Of a stretch of DNA of 64,000 bases, positions 1 through 10,936 are shown piece after piece. A program made the translations under genes and the position numbers. The stretch is from Nitrosopumilus sp. (GTDB lineage: Archaea; Thermoproteota; Nitrososphaeria; Nitrososphaerales; Nitrosopumilaceae), in assembly GCA_965249555.1 (NCBI GenBank), contig OZ252243.1, forward strand, positions 64,001 to 128,000, given 5' to 3'. Under the pieces are notes generated by a model. That model saw nothing but the letters and a program-made list of their open reading frames with translations. It searched no databases and was not told where the DNA came from. How positions within the stretch are numbered: the stretch's first letter is position 1; the number at the start of each line of letters is the position of its first letter.

Positions 1-175
1 TTTGTACTCTCGATTGGGTATTCTAACCCACATTGTGGATCAATACACTTGAGATAAGCATCACCTTGCATCGTCATTACAGACAATTGGTGATAATTTA
101 AAGCAAATGTGTAAATTTTGTACAAGTCAAGCTATTTTTCCTAAACTTTAGATTAGATTATACTGAAAAATAATT

Positions 176-550
176 ATGGTTACTTATAATGAATATCTAA
201 AAAACATACTAAAACAGATATTGGATTCTTACAACATACTTAAAGAAATTGAAGATAAGGAAGAAGATCTCAATAATATCAAAAAACAGATGTTAAAAAT
301 TAATGGATTCTTAAAAGTGGTATCAAAAAAAATTGATAGTGAAAAAATTAGTTCATCTAATTTTAAGATAGTAAAATCCAAATTTCAGTATTATTTGGAC
401 AATTATTACTTTGAGCAAGAAATTGAAACTATGGCGCCATTGTATTCAAATGATCTTAACAGAGTAAAAAATATGAGATTAAAGATATTGGAAGCCCTTG
501 AAGATCAAAAAATGATGGATGAAGTTGTGGAATTAATCGAAAAAATATGA
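176..550 (+). CDS. hypothetical protein (helical, thaumarchaeal core-like)
   Basis: 124-aa ORF with ATG start and typical AT-rich codon usage; no recognised motif. Confidence 0.7.
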   Translation: MVTYNEYLKNILKQILDSYNILKEIEDKEEDLNNIKKQMLKINGFLKVVSKKIDSEKISSSNFKIVKSKFQYYLDNYYFEQEIETMAPLYSNDLNRVKNMRLKILEALEDQKMMDEVVELIEKI

Positions 551-651
551 CTGATAAAAAATGTGTATTGTGTGGTTGTAAAGATCATAAATTATTTGGT
601 TGTTCAAGACATATTTCAAAAAAGTGCAGTTGTTACAATAAACATGATTAA
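547..651 (+). CDS. Cys/His-rich microprotein, 34 aa (MTDKKCVLCGCKDHKLFGCSRHISKKCSCYNKHD)
   Basis: Translated by hand; ATG overlaps the upstream stop (ATGA); 6 Cys and 3 His. Confidence 0.5.
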   Translation: MTDKKCVLCGCKDHKLFGCSRHISKKCSCYNKHD

Positions 652-664
652 GTTAAACAAATAA

Positions 665-781
665 TTATTTTCGTTTCGGCCCTGATCTTTCGTGGAAATT
701 TAAACAGCATGTACATTCTTTTTCAAGACATTCTGATTCACTATGATGATCACAAATCCCACATTCACAGCTTCTAGACAT
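665..781 (-). CDS. Cys/His-rich metallothionein-like microprotein, 38 aa (MSRSCECGICDHHSESECLEKECTCCLNFHERSGPKRK)
   Basis: Translated by hand; 7 Cys and 3 His in CxC/CC patterns. Confidence 0.55.
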   Translation of the reverse strand: MSRSCECGICDHHSESECLEKECTCCLNFHERSGPKRK

Positions 782-849
782 GATGATAGTTATCTTATTT
801 AGAATATAATGTATGCCTTGATTTTTTATGAGTTCAAGGTCAAATGGGA

Positions 850-1167
850 TTATTTTTTAGATTTTGATTTTTTTCTAGGTTTTTCTTTTCCTTCTAATTC
901 CTTCACAATTTCTGCTGCCTTTGTATCTACTGCTTTGATAATCTCTTGAATAAGTCCATCAAGATCACTATCCTCTGCTGTAGGTTCTACATTACTTGCA
1001 ATATCATTAATGGTACTTGAAATTTCTGCACTAACATCTTCAAAGCTTTCAGGATCTTCATATGCTGCATTATAGAGATTTTTGAGATTGTTTATTTGAC
1101 CTATTACTTGATCTGTCAATACAACTTTGTAATCGGTTCCATTTACCTCAAATTCTTTTGAACTCAT
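850..1167 (-). CDS. hypothetical acidic protein
   Basis: 105-aa ORF, natural composition, Lys-rich tail. Confidence 0.7.
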   Translation of the reverse strand: MSSKEFEVNGTDYKVVLTDQVIGQINNLKNLYNAAYEDPESFEDVSAEISSTINDIASNVEPTAEDSDLDGLIQEIIKAVDTKAAEIVKELEGKEKPRKKSKSKK

Positions 1168-1241
1168 ATACTCATTTTCAAATTCTTTTGTTTATAATGT
1201 TTTTCAGATGTTAATCATCAAATGTTTGATAGTGTATCTGA

Positions 1242-1691
1242 TCAAAATACAATATATTCTAGTGCATGAGCATCGCTAATTAATCGGGTATGATATGATT
1301 TTAAAACATATCCGTTTTTAATATAGTCTACTGGAACCCATCTGTTTGTTGAAGTATAATGCCTCTTTTCAGCTAACTCTCTTTCAATAGATTCAATATC
1401 AAATTCACCTTCTTCAACTTGTTGTGTTTCAAGATGTTTGATTGTCACAAGAATTTTTGTTATTTTAACACGGTCTCCAAGTTTCCATCTTAGATGAGGA
1501 ACCTCATCTGACACTTCCAGTACTTTGATCTTCATTTGTTTTTTTCCAAAAGTATCATAACTGATCAATGTTCTCTCATCAGTAAATTCTTCAAAACTCA
1601 TTCGTGAACTGACTTCTGCATCAGAAACTGTCTCTAACAGTGATTCTGAGCTTATTTCAGTTGATTTAACATCATTATCTTCTTCAGTCAA
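1242..1691 (-). CDS. hypothetical protein
   Basis: 149-aa ORF co-oriented with neighbours. Confidence 0.7.
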   Translation of the reverse strand: MTEEDNDVKSTEISSESLLETVSDAEVSSRMSFEEFTDERTLISYDTFGKKQMKIKVLEVSDEVPHLRWKLGDRVKITKILVTIKHLETQQVEEGEFDIESIERELAEKRHYTSTNRWVPVDYIKNGYVLKSYHTRLISDAHALEYIVF

Positions 1692-1742
1692 TATTGATCT
1701 TCATATTTTATCCTTAAAAAACTATTTGAAAATTAACTTCGA

Positions 1743-2315
1743 TTAGATACTATTCCTTTGTTTTGTCTTAAATGGCATTAAACATTCCTTGAGGAAAAGT
1801 TCTTTTCTTGTACCATCTATTTTTGCAAAAAATCTGCCTTCATATGTACAGACACAATCTGTGATTTCTAGAGACTCATCCCAAATTTTGTAGAATTCTC
1901 TTAATTCTCGACTTTCATATTCTCCCACGCCTATTCTTTTCTTTGAGAGAAATTTGAATGCCAAAAGCACATTTCTTTTTTTGAAAATATCAAATGTCTT
2001 AATCCATTCTAAACATCGCTCAATTTGATCTGCTGGGACTAGAAGCGATGTACTAGTTCCAGATTTTGCCTCTATTGTGTATATTGTGTTCTCTTCTGTA
2101 CTTATTGCCAATACGTCTGGTAATGCAATACTTGGAGACCCAAGCCTAAATGCCTTCCATTTTTCTGTACTATTGAATCGTTTTACTAACGTATCTTCCC
2201 AGTGATATCCTCTTTGTCGACGTAGTCTAGATGCCTTTTGGTTATTCTTTTTGTTTTTTTTAATAGTTTTTTGTTTTGAAATTGTTAATGCTAGTGATTT
2301 TGCTCTCAATGACAA
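1743..2315 (-). CDS. Holliday junction resolvase-like PD-(D/E)xK nuclease (Hjc/Hje family)
   Basis: RGYHWE...LPDVLA...IEAKS fits the archaeal Hjc pattern G-x2-E...PD...ExK. Confidence 0.8.
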   Translation of the reverse strand: MSLRAKSLALTISKQKTIKKNKKNNQKASRLRRQRGYHWEDTLVKRFNSTEKWKAFRLGSPSIALPDVLAISTEENTIYTIEAKSGTSTSLLVPADQIERCLEWIKTFDIFKKRNVLLAFKFLSKKRIGVGEYESRELREFYKIWDESLEITDCVCTYEGRFFAKIDGTRKELFLKECLMPFKTKQRNSI

Positions 2316-2415
2316 ATTGTTCTCATATTAGGTATAGTAAAGCTGGTAATTACATAATTACTTGGGGGTTTTGATAAAAAACGATAATTTTCTTAACATT
2401 ATTTTACACCTAATT

Positions 2416-3222
2416 CTATCTTCTCTTCAGATAATCAGACAATATCTTATCTGCCATCTCTACAACTTCGATATCTTTTCTCACAGCCAAACTACGCAGT
2501 TTCCGGGCATTGCCCTTGTTTAACAAAATAACAACTCTCTGTTGGAGTAATCCACTCTTTGCTTTCTTGAGCAACTTGAGGTGAGATGATTTTGGACTAC
2601 GACTCAAAACCTTGAGATACCCTCTTCGTAGTTTCTGGTCCAGTGGAATGATCTTCTCTGCAACAGATACAGCCTTTGATAGATTTGGGATGACCTGATA
2701 TAATTTCACACAATCATCACGAGACAGCTCCTTTGGTACAAACTGCCTCAATCTATCTGGAACTGCTGCAAATCCAAGGTATTTCTTGAGAGTTTGTGAT
2801 GACATTCCTAGTGATTTTGCAGCTTTTGACTTTCCAACTGATTCTGTCAAAAATACACATGCTGCCGTCATGTCCTTTGTGTTCATTTTGTTTCGATGCA
2901 GGTTCTCAACCACTGATGCTGCCTTTGCATCCTGTACATCATATTTCGTGGAATTATTCAGTAATAGTACGGGTATCTTCTTTGCACCCAACCTTTTCAG
3001 GGCAGCAAGCCTTCTCTGGCCAGACATTAGCAGGTAAGAGTTCTTTCCATTTCTCTGGACCATTGGCGGATTCTGCAATCCCTCATTTTTTATTGATTTT
3101 GCAAGTTCTGCGATTCCTTCCCTGTCTAGTTTTCTTGCCTGGGCATCCTTCCATATTTTGATGTATTTAATGGGAATTTCCTTTAATCGATAAGTAATTG
3201 GGGAGTTGTATCTTTTAGCCAT
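2416..3222 (-). CDS. ParB/Srx-domain protein with HTH
   Basis: LAKSIKNEGLQNPPMV, SGQRRLAAL and ENLHR ParB boxes, followed by HTH (AKSLGMSSQTL). Confidence 0.85.
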   Translation of the reverse strand: MAKRYNSPITYRLKEIPIKYIKIWKDAQARKLDREGIAELAKSIKNEGLQNPPMVQRNGKNSYLLMSGQRRLAALKRLGAKKIPVLLLNNSTKYDVQDAKAASVVENLHRNKMNTKDMTAACVFLTESVGKSKAAKSLGMSSQTLKKYLGFAAVPDRLRQFVPKELSRDDCVKLYQVIPNLSKAVSVAEKIIPLDQKLRRGYLKVLSRSPKSSHLKLLKKAKSGLLQQRVVILLNKGNARKLRSLAVRKDIEVVEMADKILSDYLKRR

Positions 3223-3504
3223 GATTATACCAATAACTGACTCTTGTTAAAAAGAGTAGTTTATGAATTGTTGACAAAAAGAGAAATTCTGAACAATGAT
3301 TCTAAAACTTACATACCATTACCAACAAAATCCAAGCATTTTACATGATATTATCTACGTGTCTATGGTGTTCCAGACAGAACAACGTACTTTTTGACTT
3401 TGCTCTCCATAAATGTAATTTTAGTCAAGAATTATTCCGTGATATATTAATCACTGAATTTTTGAAGAGAAAAAATATAAACTGTAAGTGGATTAGAAAT
3501 AAAA

Positions 3505-3831
3505 TTGAAAACAGATACTGATTATAAAACCATGGCAACTGACTTGATTAATGCAGGAATGGGTGATAAAGGCAGGCTGGAATTCATCTTGGAATGCATC
3601 CAAAAAAACAAGCCCCTCTATACCACTGATGAGAGATACCTGATACAAAAATATGACACATTTGAGGCAAAACTTGAGATGCTATCAGGCAAGAAAAAGA
3701 CCAAGACATTACTATCAGATGATATGCTAGATGAGGTTGTGGATAAAGCAATATCTAAATCAGAAAAAGACTCTGAAATTATCCTACCTCGGAAGAGGAA
3801 ATCATTTCTTGGCAAACTGTTTAGAAAATAA
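3505..3831 (+). CDS. hypothetical protein
   Basis: 108-aa ORF with GDKGRLEFIL motif. Confidence 0.65.
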   Translation: MKTDTDYKTMATDLINAGMGDKGRLEFILECIQKNKPLYTTDERYLIQKYDTFEAKLEMLSGKKKTKTLLSDDMLDEVVDKAISKSEKDSEIILPRKRKSFLGKLFRK

Positions 3832-4036
3832 TAACAAGATTATAAAATTCTCATTGATGAAATGTTAAAATTTATTTCAGTTATTTCTTAGTAAAAATGC
3901 GTTCCATTTCTGACATGAAATCCAATTTTTGTAAATCAGGGTTCCTTTTGATGCAGGTTTGTCTAATCCCAAATCAGTACGTGAAGCAATTTTCATAAAT
4001 TTTGGCCAAGATGCAAAGGTATAATCATACATATTT

Positions 4037-5148
4037 GAGACATGGGCATAATGATTTACAAAAAAACCAAAACTTTTCTCTAACAACAAAGCATTCTTTT
4101 CACAATCCTTGGATTCTCACTTTTAATTACACAGTTACAATACACTGCCAACTGATACGCCAGCACGCAAATCAGCACGAATGATTGTACGTTCTCAAGT
4201 CCTTTCACCAGAACTGTTCTAATGCTAAACGTATCCTTGATTGTTTCAAAGAGTGCTTCAATTGATTTTCCCTGAGAATATAGTTTCCGACCAACTGCTG
4301 AATTGTAAAACCCTGTCAACTTTGTTCTGTCTGGTGGACGTAGAATGGTATTTTTTGACTGGACAGATCAATCTCATGGCATTATTCTTAGCTGACTCGT
4401 ATGGTTTGGAATCATCATATGCCGGATCACACCATATACTATTCATCAATCCAGAAAGTGACCCGATCAATTTCTCATATGGCTTGACATCATGAACATT
4501 TGCAGCAGTTACACATGGCAGATAATGGAACTAGCCTCTCCTGTACTATACCTCATGTGTAGTTTGTATCCATACGCCCAACCCCTTGATTTGGAGAATC
4601 CTCACAATTGGTAAGTGATTTTTTTTGATGTCTGATTTGTGCCATACTGGACCTGAAGCTTTTAGCATTGAACTATCAACTGATGCTGATTCACCATTCA
4701 CCAATCCTTCTGAGACAAACAAACCTCCTACAGTGTTAATAATTTCATTGATTGGCAAGTATTGAAATCTTCTGTCAATTGTCCTTCTGTCAGGGATTTA
4801 ATCTGCAAACCTTGAGTAATTTGTCATTGGTACATTTGATTGAGAGAAAATAATGCAGTGTGCTGTCACTTGGAATTCTCATCCATGACTTTATGATGAA
4901 TAACTGAACCATCAGAACAGTTGAATAGACATATGGCCGTCCTAGTCTCACTGCATTCTCATACAGATATAGTGTTCCAACCAGATACAAAATACTAATA
5001 AGAAATGACTCACATAGAATCTTGCTAGGGATTTTTATTTGTTTTGTAATCATTCCAATGAACAAAACATGATTGAGATCCTTGGCTTTTTCTATTTGAA
5101 TAATTTGAGAAATCGGTTAAAAATGAGAATTGATTATGCCCATGTCTC
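4037..5148 (-). mobile_element. IS4/IS5-superfamily (DDE_Tnp_1-like) insertion sequence, degraded
   Basis: Perfect 16-bp TIR GAGACATGGGCATAAT (4037-4052 and 5133-5148) and 4-bp TSD ATTT on both sides; exact IS family uncertain. Confidence 0.88.
4080..5065 (-). pseudogene. frameshifted DDE transposase
   Basis: Fragments in several frames: SASVDSSML (D1), WCDPAYD (D2), SIEALFETIK (E). Confidence 0.85.
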
Positions 5149-5229
5149 ATTTATCTATCCTGAATAGTTACTATTAATTTTAAAATAGAGATAAGACAAT
5201 AAGTACAACAAAAAATATCATAAAGAGTA

Positions 5230-6036
5230 ATGAATTCAAGACAAAGTGAAAGAGGATTAATGCTTGTAGAAGATCCTCTATCAACATTAAAAGCATTATC
5301 AAATCAAAAAGATCCAATAATTACGTGGAAGTCATTTAAAAAACAATATGAAAAAGAAATTGATCGGGAGAAAAACCACGTAGATGAAAAAACTGTAGAT
5401 ACACATTTTTACACATTAACAACGTTCAATCTTTTAACGCCATTGGAAATAAAAGGACAATACAGACTTAGTTATTTAGGAAAAGATCTGTGTAAATTTT
5501 TGAATGATGGTGATCTTTCAAATTTGAAAGAAGGTCTTAAGGCAATCCTTCTAGGAAATTATATGAAAGGTAAATTATTTTCAGATTTTTTACAATTTGT
5601 TAACAAACCTAAAAACAAGAAAGAAGTTTTTGAAGAATTTAAAAATATTCCTGGAAGATCATTGATTGCTTGGTGTTATTTTGCAGAACTTATAGATCAA
5701 CAAAATGATGAAGTGTGGAAACTAAATCAAGATATACATAAAATTTCTTCAAAAGAATTTTATAATGTTTTTATTAAAACATTTAATGAAATGAAAAAAA
5801 CAAAAACATTTGCAGTTTCAAGATTGTTCATAAGTATAGATGAAATTCGAATAAATGTGTGTTATAATTTAGGTGGAATTTCAATAAATATATTTGATAA
5901 TTATCTGACTAAGCTACTTGATTCAGAAAGAGGTGATAAAATCAGATTATATGGTGCTCCTTCATCCGTATTTGAAGAGAGAAAAAACTTCATTTATAAA
6001 AATAAGTTATATGCACACATATCAGTAGGAATGTGA
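5230..6036 (+). CDS. hypothetical protein, probably winged-helix repeats; partner of downstream ATPase
   Basis: 268 aa; YRLSYLGKDL wing-like motif; only 1 nt between its stop and the ATPase start. Confidence 0.6.
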   Translation: MNSRQSERGLMLVEDPLSTLKALSNQKDPIITWKSFKKQYEKEIDREKNHVDEKTVDTHFYTLTTFNLLTPLEIKGQYRLSYLGKDLCKFLNDGDLSNLKEGLKAILLGNYMKGKLFSDFLQFVNKPKNKKEVFEEFKNIPGRSLIAWCYFAELIDQQNDEVWKLNQDIHKISSKEFYNVFIKTFNEMKKTKTFAVSRLFISIDEIRINVCYNLGGISINIFDNYLTKLLDSERGDKIRLYGAPSSVFEERKNFIYKNKLYAHISVGM

Positions 6037-6037
6037 T

Positions 6038-7303
6038 ATGGATACATCAGGTATTAATCTAAAGGATGAACAAAGAGATTATGAAAAATTCTTCCTAATT
6101 CGTAATCCTTTTCCTTCATTAGCAGTACCCGATGAAATACCACCTTTTACTGCAGATAGAGAGGAACCGATACGTAGATTCAAAGATGTTATTGTAGAAT
6201 TAACCAGAAATGATTCGACGTCAGTAAGTGTTATTGTGGGGGAGTACGGTAGTGGAAAAAGCCATTTATTTAGAGTCTTTAAACATGAAGTCAATCGACA
6301 ATTATTATCCACAAATGATGGAACTTTAGCTACAATTATAGGGTCTCCTGGAAATAATTTTGCAGATTTATTCTTCTCGTTTCTTGATGATATTGGACGT
6401 AATGCATTGACACAATATTCATCACAAATTATTTCAAATTATATAAAAAATAATAAAGATAATGTAAAGCAATATATTTCTAATTATGACCCACGTAATA
6501 AATTTTTGAATGACAATTTATCTTTAGAAGATTTTTTATTAAATTCCACTTACATAAACATCAACAAAGAAATTCGTAAAAATAAATTAAATCATGTAAA
6601 AGATGATGACATTGTTTTTGCATTTTTGAGTTTATCTCATCCTGAATATGGATCCATAGCATGGAAATGGTTTCAAGGAAGTAATATTAGTAAATCTGAA
6701 ATGGCACATATCAATGTAGGAAAAATAATTAAAGAACCTGAATTAGCATTTAGTCTTTTTGATGATTTTATTAAGATTATCTATTTTGTTGGTATAAAAT
6801 CACTAGTGATTCTTGTAGATGAACTAGAAAAAATTACATTTTTAACTAAAACCTCTAGAACAGAATATCAGGATATGTTAAGACATTGGATAGATACTTA
6901 TCCAAAAAATGTATGTTTTTATTTTTCAATTGCACCTCATCAATGGGATAATTTAGTTAAAGAACCCACTGCTCTAGTTCGCCGTCTATCTGGAAACTGG
7001 CATGTGTTGAAACCTTTTGAAGATGAAGAGGTAAAAGAATTGATTGAAAAATATCTACATTGGAGTAGGATTGATAATTTTAAATCAAAAGATGCCAAGA
7101 ATAAATTCCCAAATTGTGAACCCTCTTTAGTTCCATTTACGACTAAATCGATTGACCAAATTCAAAAAATATCAGATGGAAATGTATCTAATATCCTATT
7201 ATTATGTAGACAATGTTTAGAAATTTTATATGATGATGATAAATTTGATGTCATCACATCTGAATTGGTGAATACTTTAAGTAAACAAGAAGGTTTAGAT
7301 TAA
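6038..7303 (+). CDS. P-loop ATPase (BrxD/DUF2791-like or PbeC-like)
   Basis: N-terminal NPFP, Walker A GEYGSGKS, Walker B LVILVDELE, ALVRRL Arg-finger region. Confidence 0.8.
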   Translation: MDTSGINLKDEQRDYEKFFLIRNPFPSLAVPDEIPPFTADREEPIRRFKDVIVELTRNDSTSVSVIVGEYGSGKSHLFRVFKHEVNRQLLSTNDGTLATIIGSPGNNFADLFFSFLDDIGRNALTQYSSQIISNYIKNNKDNVKQYISNYDPRNKFLNDNLSLEDFLLNSTYININKEIRKNKLNHVKDDDIVFAFLSLSHPEYGSIAWKWFQGSNISKSEMAHINVGKIIKEPELAFSLFDDFIKIIYFVGIKSLVILVDELEKITFLTKTSRTEYQDMLRHWIDTYPKNVCFYFSIAPHQWDNLVKEPTALVRRLSGNWHVLKPFEDEEVKELIEKYLHWSRIDNFKSKDAKNKFPNCEPSLVPFTTKSIDQIQKISDGNVSNILLLCRQCLEILYDDDKFDVITSELVNTLSKQEGLD

Positions 7304-7321
7304 TTTTATTGATGAAAAAAT

Positions 7322-8038
7322 ATGAGTTTTAATTTTACAACAACTTTCAGTCCACTAGTTAACAACATTCCAACAGATATTAACACTATTGCATCTTATG
7401 TCACTGTCATATTCGGTTGTATTGCCAGCTTAGTGGCAATTTTTCGTTATAGACCTAAGGCATCAGTTATTTTATCGACTGAATTTTTTGATATAAAAAA
7501 TAACTCTTTAATTCAACAAAAAACATATAAAATTTCATGGGGTTGGGGAACTCTAATGTTTTTACATACAATAAAATTAGAGAAATTCCCATCAACTCAT
7601 ACTTATAAAATAAAATTCAAACCTGAAGGGTCATTTGAACGAACTCTTTCACCAGAATATTATGTGGCAAATGGCAAAAAAGATAAAACCATATTAAAAA
7701 TAAAAAATAAATGTATTGCCAAAAAATGTTTTTTGATGGAAAATGATGTTACAAAAATTTCAGTAATTACTTATGGTCCTTCAGACTCAAAAGTTAATTC
7801 AAAAATTAAAGTGAATCAAACCTCAAATACCATTGAAATTTTTAACGAGAATTCAATTGAGGTTAGAAATTTTAATCTTAAACTTAATGAAGAAATAACT
7901 GCAGACAGATTATCATCATGTTTAAAAGATATTCAAGAATTAAATTTTAATACGAATGGGAAAATTGAGGGTTTTACAATAAAGACAATACCTCCAATTG
8001 ATGCAACTACTCCTGGCAAAATAACAATAATTTATTGA
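7322..8038 (+). CDS. membrane-anchored hypothetical protein
   Basis: One N-terminal hydrophobic helix (IASYVTVIFGCIASLVAIF) followed by a beta-rich domain. Confidence 0.6.
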   Translation: MSFNFTTTFSPLVNNIPTDINTIASYVTVIFGCIASLVAIFRYRPKASVILSTEFFDIKNNSLIQQKTYKISWGWGTLMFLHTIKLEKFPSTHTYKIKFKPEGSFERTLSPEYYVANGKKDKTILKIKNKCIAKKCFLMENDVTKISVITYGPSDSKVNSKIKVNQTSNTIEIFNENSIEVRNFNLKLNEEITADRLSSCLKDIQELNFNTNGKIEGFTIKTIPPIDATTPGKITIIY

Positions 8039-8886
8039 ATTTCTTTTCTAAATATTAAACAATAGTGATGGGCCCTATTCCCAACATAACTATGAAACAT
8101 TCCAAATGGGTGTAAGCGTCTATTATCTTGACACCAAATTTGTTCATCTTTTGGAACCCATTTCTTAGATAATCTGTTTACGGTATCAAATGCTAATGGC
8201 CACATTCGTCCATTCTTATACACATTATTTGTAACAACAAGCAAATATCCTTTAGGCTTCATTAAATCATAAACACTATCAAAGATCTCATCTTGTGCAT
8301 CCAAAAAGGAGTCATACTCATCAATTATTCCCAAATCTTGAGAATCAGATCCATAATCTACATCCAGATTTAGCTTCTCTCTAGTCCCTGTTCGGTCTTT
8401 TGTGTTTTTGGATCCTTTATTTTTTAATTGATTCCAATATGGAGGGGATGTAATACAGAAATCACATAGTAGGATTCCTTTTTCTTTAAAGATATTTTTC
8501 AAATTTCTAGAATCATCATTAACAATAATCTGTTTTGTGTTATTTTCAGGAATTTCATTTAATCTTTCTTGAGATAGTTTTGCATATTTTTTACTTAATT
8601 CAATACCAATTGCATTACGTTGGAGTTGCCTTGCAACATGAGTAGTAGTTCCAGAACCTAAAAAAGTGTCAAGTACTAATGCGTTCTTTTTTGTAAAAAA
8701 TTGGATATAGTTTGCAACTAATTCTTCAGGAAAGCTTGCAGGATGAGTGATTTTTGAACCTCGACCTTTTGGTCTGAGCATGTACCATGAACGAGTAGAT
8801 TTTAGCCATTCACCATTAGGTAAATCATTAAGTGTATTTCTAGGATGGACTATTAGTTTTTTCTGTTCTTCTAATGCCATAATCAT
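8032..8886 (-). CDS. amino-DNA methyltransferase (probably N4-cytosine)
   Basis: HPASFP, motif I LDTFLGSGTT, motif IV TSPPY. Confidence 0.88.
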   Translation of the reverse strand: MIMALEEQKKLIVHPRNTLNDLPNGEWLKSTRSWYMLRPKGRGSKITHPASFPEELVANYIQFFTKKNALVLDTFLGSGTTTHVARQLQRNAIGIELSKKYAKLSQERLNEIPENNTKQIIVNDDSRNLKNIFKEKGILLCDFCITSPPYWNQLKNKGSKNTKDRTGTREKLNLDVDYGSDSQDLGIIDEYDSFLDAQDEIFDSVYDLMKPKGYLLVVTNNVYKNGRMWPLAFDTVNRLSKKWVPKDEQIWCQDNRRLHPFGMFHSYVGNRAHHYCLIFRKEIQ

Positions 8887-9117
8887 AGTTACAATATAGT
8901 ATTTCCTGCAAATATAATGAAAAAATAAACTCCTACGTCAAAATTTTTATTGCATTTTTTAATTTCTGTGCCTGCAGGTACAACATGTTATTCATTTCTG
9001 AGTAAAAATAGTTCTTAATGGTAACAATGAATATCTAGTAGATTTTGTAATCAATACTCCGATAGTAAACTCAAATAGACCCTTTTTAATTAAGAATAAT
9101 TATAAAATAATATCAGA

Positions 9118-9318
9118 TTATTTTTTATATTTCCATACACTTTCAAAATAATCAGATAGTTTTTGAATCATACCTATGTCTTTTGAAACAATTCCAGCAT
9201 TGAATTGACTCAATAAACTATCTTGAGTCAAATCTGATGAAGATACAAGAATTTCAGTGTCATCTTTAATGATGATACGTGAATGAATCAAAGGATTATC
9301 TTTATGATCTATTCCCAA
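9118..9318 (-). pseudogene. C-terminal remnant of a phospholipase D-family nuclease
   Basis: IHSRIIIKDD...VSSSDLT...NAGI...YFESVW resembles the HxK(x4)D...GSxN PLD motif; N-terminus missing. Confidence 0.65.
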
Positions 9319-9480
9319 TTTACGTTTTAAATGGCTCTGGTCAGTTCTGGTGATCTAGCATAGATAGTGGTCAGAAGTGACAAATATGGATCTTCTCAAG
9401 ATTGCCCGACCCCCTTGAAAAACCCTTGGTCAGAAGTGATATAAAAAATTCCTGAATACCAAGTCAGAATTCCCCAAAAT

Positions 9481-10450
9481 ATGTACTGTATAGTTTTGGT
9501 GATCTACCCATTATCACTAATAATAGTGATAATTTCTTATATAGTCGTAATACCCAATAGAAACAGGGAAAATTACAACATTACATCTACAGGTGTGTAT
9601 TCCCCTAGATTCATTGTCACATCAAACTATTCACACAAATCATATGTTGCAGAAAGAAATAGAAAGAATCCTAATTCATGGACATGCACATGTAAGGGAT
9701 TTCTTGATGCCATCAGAGTATGCTCTGATGATAAATTATGTGATCACATACTTGAGGTCATAAAACAATACAAAATTATCGTCCCAACTATTCCAAAACA
9801 GGTGTACCTGGTTCCTCAAGAACCAATACAACATGTGATTGCCTGTACCAACTGCGGAACCACAAAGGCAGGCAAGAAATCATCAAAACAAGTGCAAGTC
9901 GTGCAACAGAAGATTTGTCTCAACTGAGATAGGTTTTGAGAAGACAAAATACACGCCAGAAATAATCATATCTTCCCTTAACATGGTAATGTCTGGCATG
10001 TCATATCGCAAAGCCTCAGATCACATAAATTTCTCTCACAATATTCCAATTCCACACAATACGATTCTTAGCTGGGTTCAAAAATTTTCTAAAATCATAA
10101 AGATGTATGTAGATACGCTAAAACCAATCACAGGTGATGTCTCTGCTGGAAAATATCACACATTAATTCCAATGGCTGCAAGCAAGAATGTCTCAGAGAA
10201 TAGAAAGATAACCCAGAAACTTGGAAATTACAACGACTATGTATCTGTCTTTGCTAGTGGTGATGTCATAAAGGTGGAACCCAAGGGATGGCTTGAATCA
10301 GAACAATGGAGGGGTATCTGCAATATTCTTACATCCATTGGCTTTACATGGTTCTTTAATTCCAATGTTCGATCATGGATTCGTTTTGGCAAGACCCCAT
10401 TTGAAAAGAAGGTGACATTTGCAAGTCAAGCCCCGATAGGAATAAAATAA
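9481..10450 (+). pseudogene. frameshifted, truncated IS6-like archaeal transposase (SWIM/Zn-ribbon plus HTH) fused to an unrelated fragment
   Basis: WTCTC...CDH, CTNC...CKSCNRRF, YTPEIIISSLNM...SYRK...TILSWVQKF; DDE core absent after about 10140. Confidence 0.65.
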
Positions 10451-10482
10451 CATGTTATAAGATATGTATTTTTTAAATTAAC

Positions 10483-10698
10483 ATGGTAGGTATAATCTCA
10501 AAGAAAATACGGGGAAAAAAATACACCTACTTTGAATATTTTGAAAATGGTAAGACTGTTCAGAAATATTGCGGTCCTGAGGGGTCTGCAAAGTCCAAAA
10601 AAACCGCATTACAATACGAATACAGTCTTTTAAAAAGTAAGAGGGATGAGATGATACAGAAGATGAAGATGGTAAAGGAGGAACAGAGGAAAATTTGA
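10483..10698 (+). CDS. small basic protein of the mobile-element-associated KxIxGxxYxY...YxG type
   Basis: KKIRGKKYTYFEYFENGKTVQKYCGP plus a coiled-coil tail. Confidence 0.6.
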   Translation: MVGIISKKIRGKKYTYFEYFENGKTVQKYCGPEGSAKSKKTALQYEYSLLKSKRDEMIQKMKMVKEEQRKI

Positions 10699-10795
10699 AT
10701 TATTCATGTATGGAAATTATAGATCATATTATTCGATTCCATGGGATTAAAATATCGGCTAACTTAAGCCCCCATTGCATGACTGACATTCAATT

Positions 10796-10936
10796 CCAAT
10801 TCCTTCTTCCAATTCCTTCTTCCAATTCCTTCTTCCAATTCCTTCTTCCAATTCCTTCTTCCAATTCCTTCTTCCAATTCCTTCTTCCAATTCCTTCTTC
10901 CAATTCCTTCTTCCAATTCCTTCTTCCAATTCCTTC
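10796..10936 (+). repeat. 13-bp tandem repeat (CCAATTCCTTCTT) x10 plus 11-nt partial
   Basis: Counted directly; ends 18 nt before the Type ISP ATG. Confidence 0.97.

Noticed and set aside
10796-10936. CRISPR array or repeat-protein genes (ORFs 10764-11039, 10790-10975, 55052-55288)
   Set aside because: Perfect spacer-less 13-mer; the ORFs are open because the unit lacks stop codons
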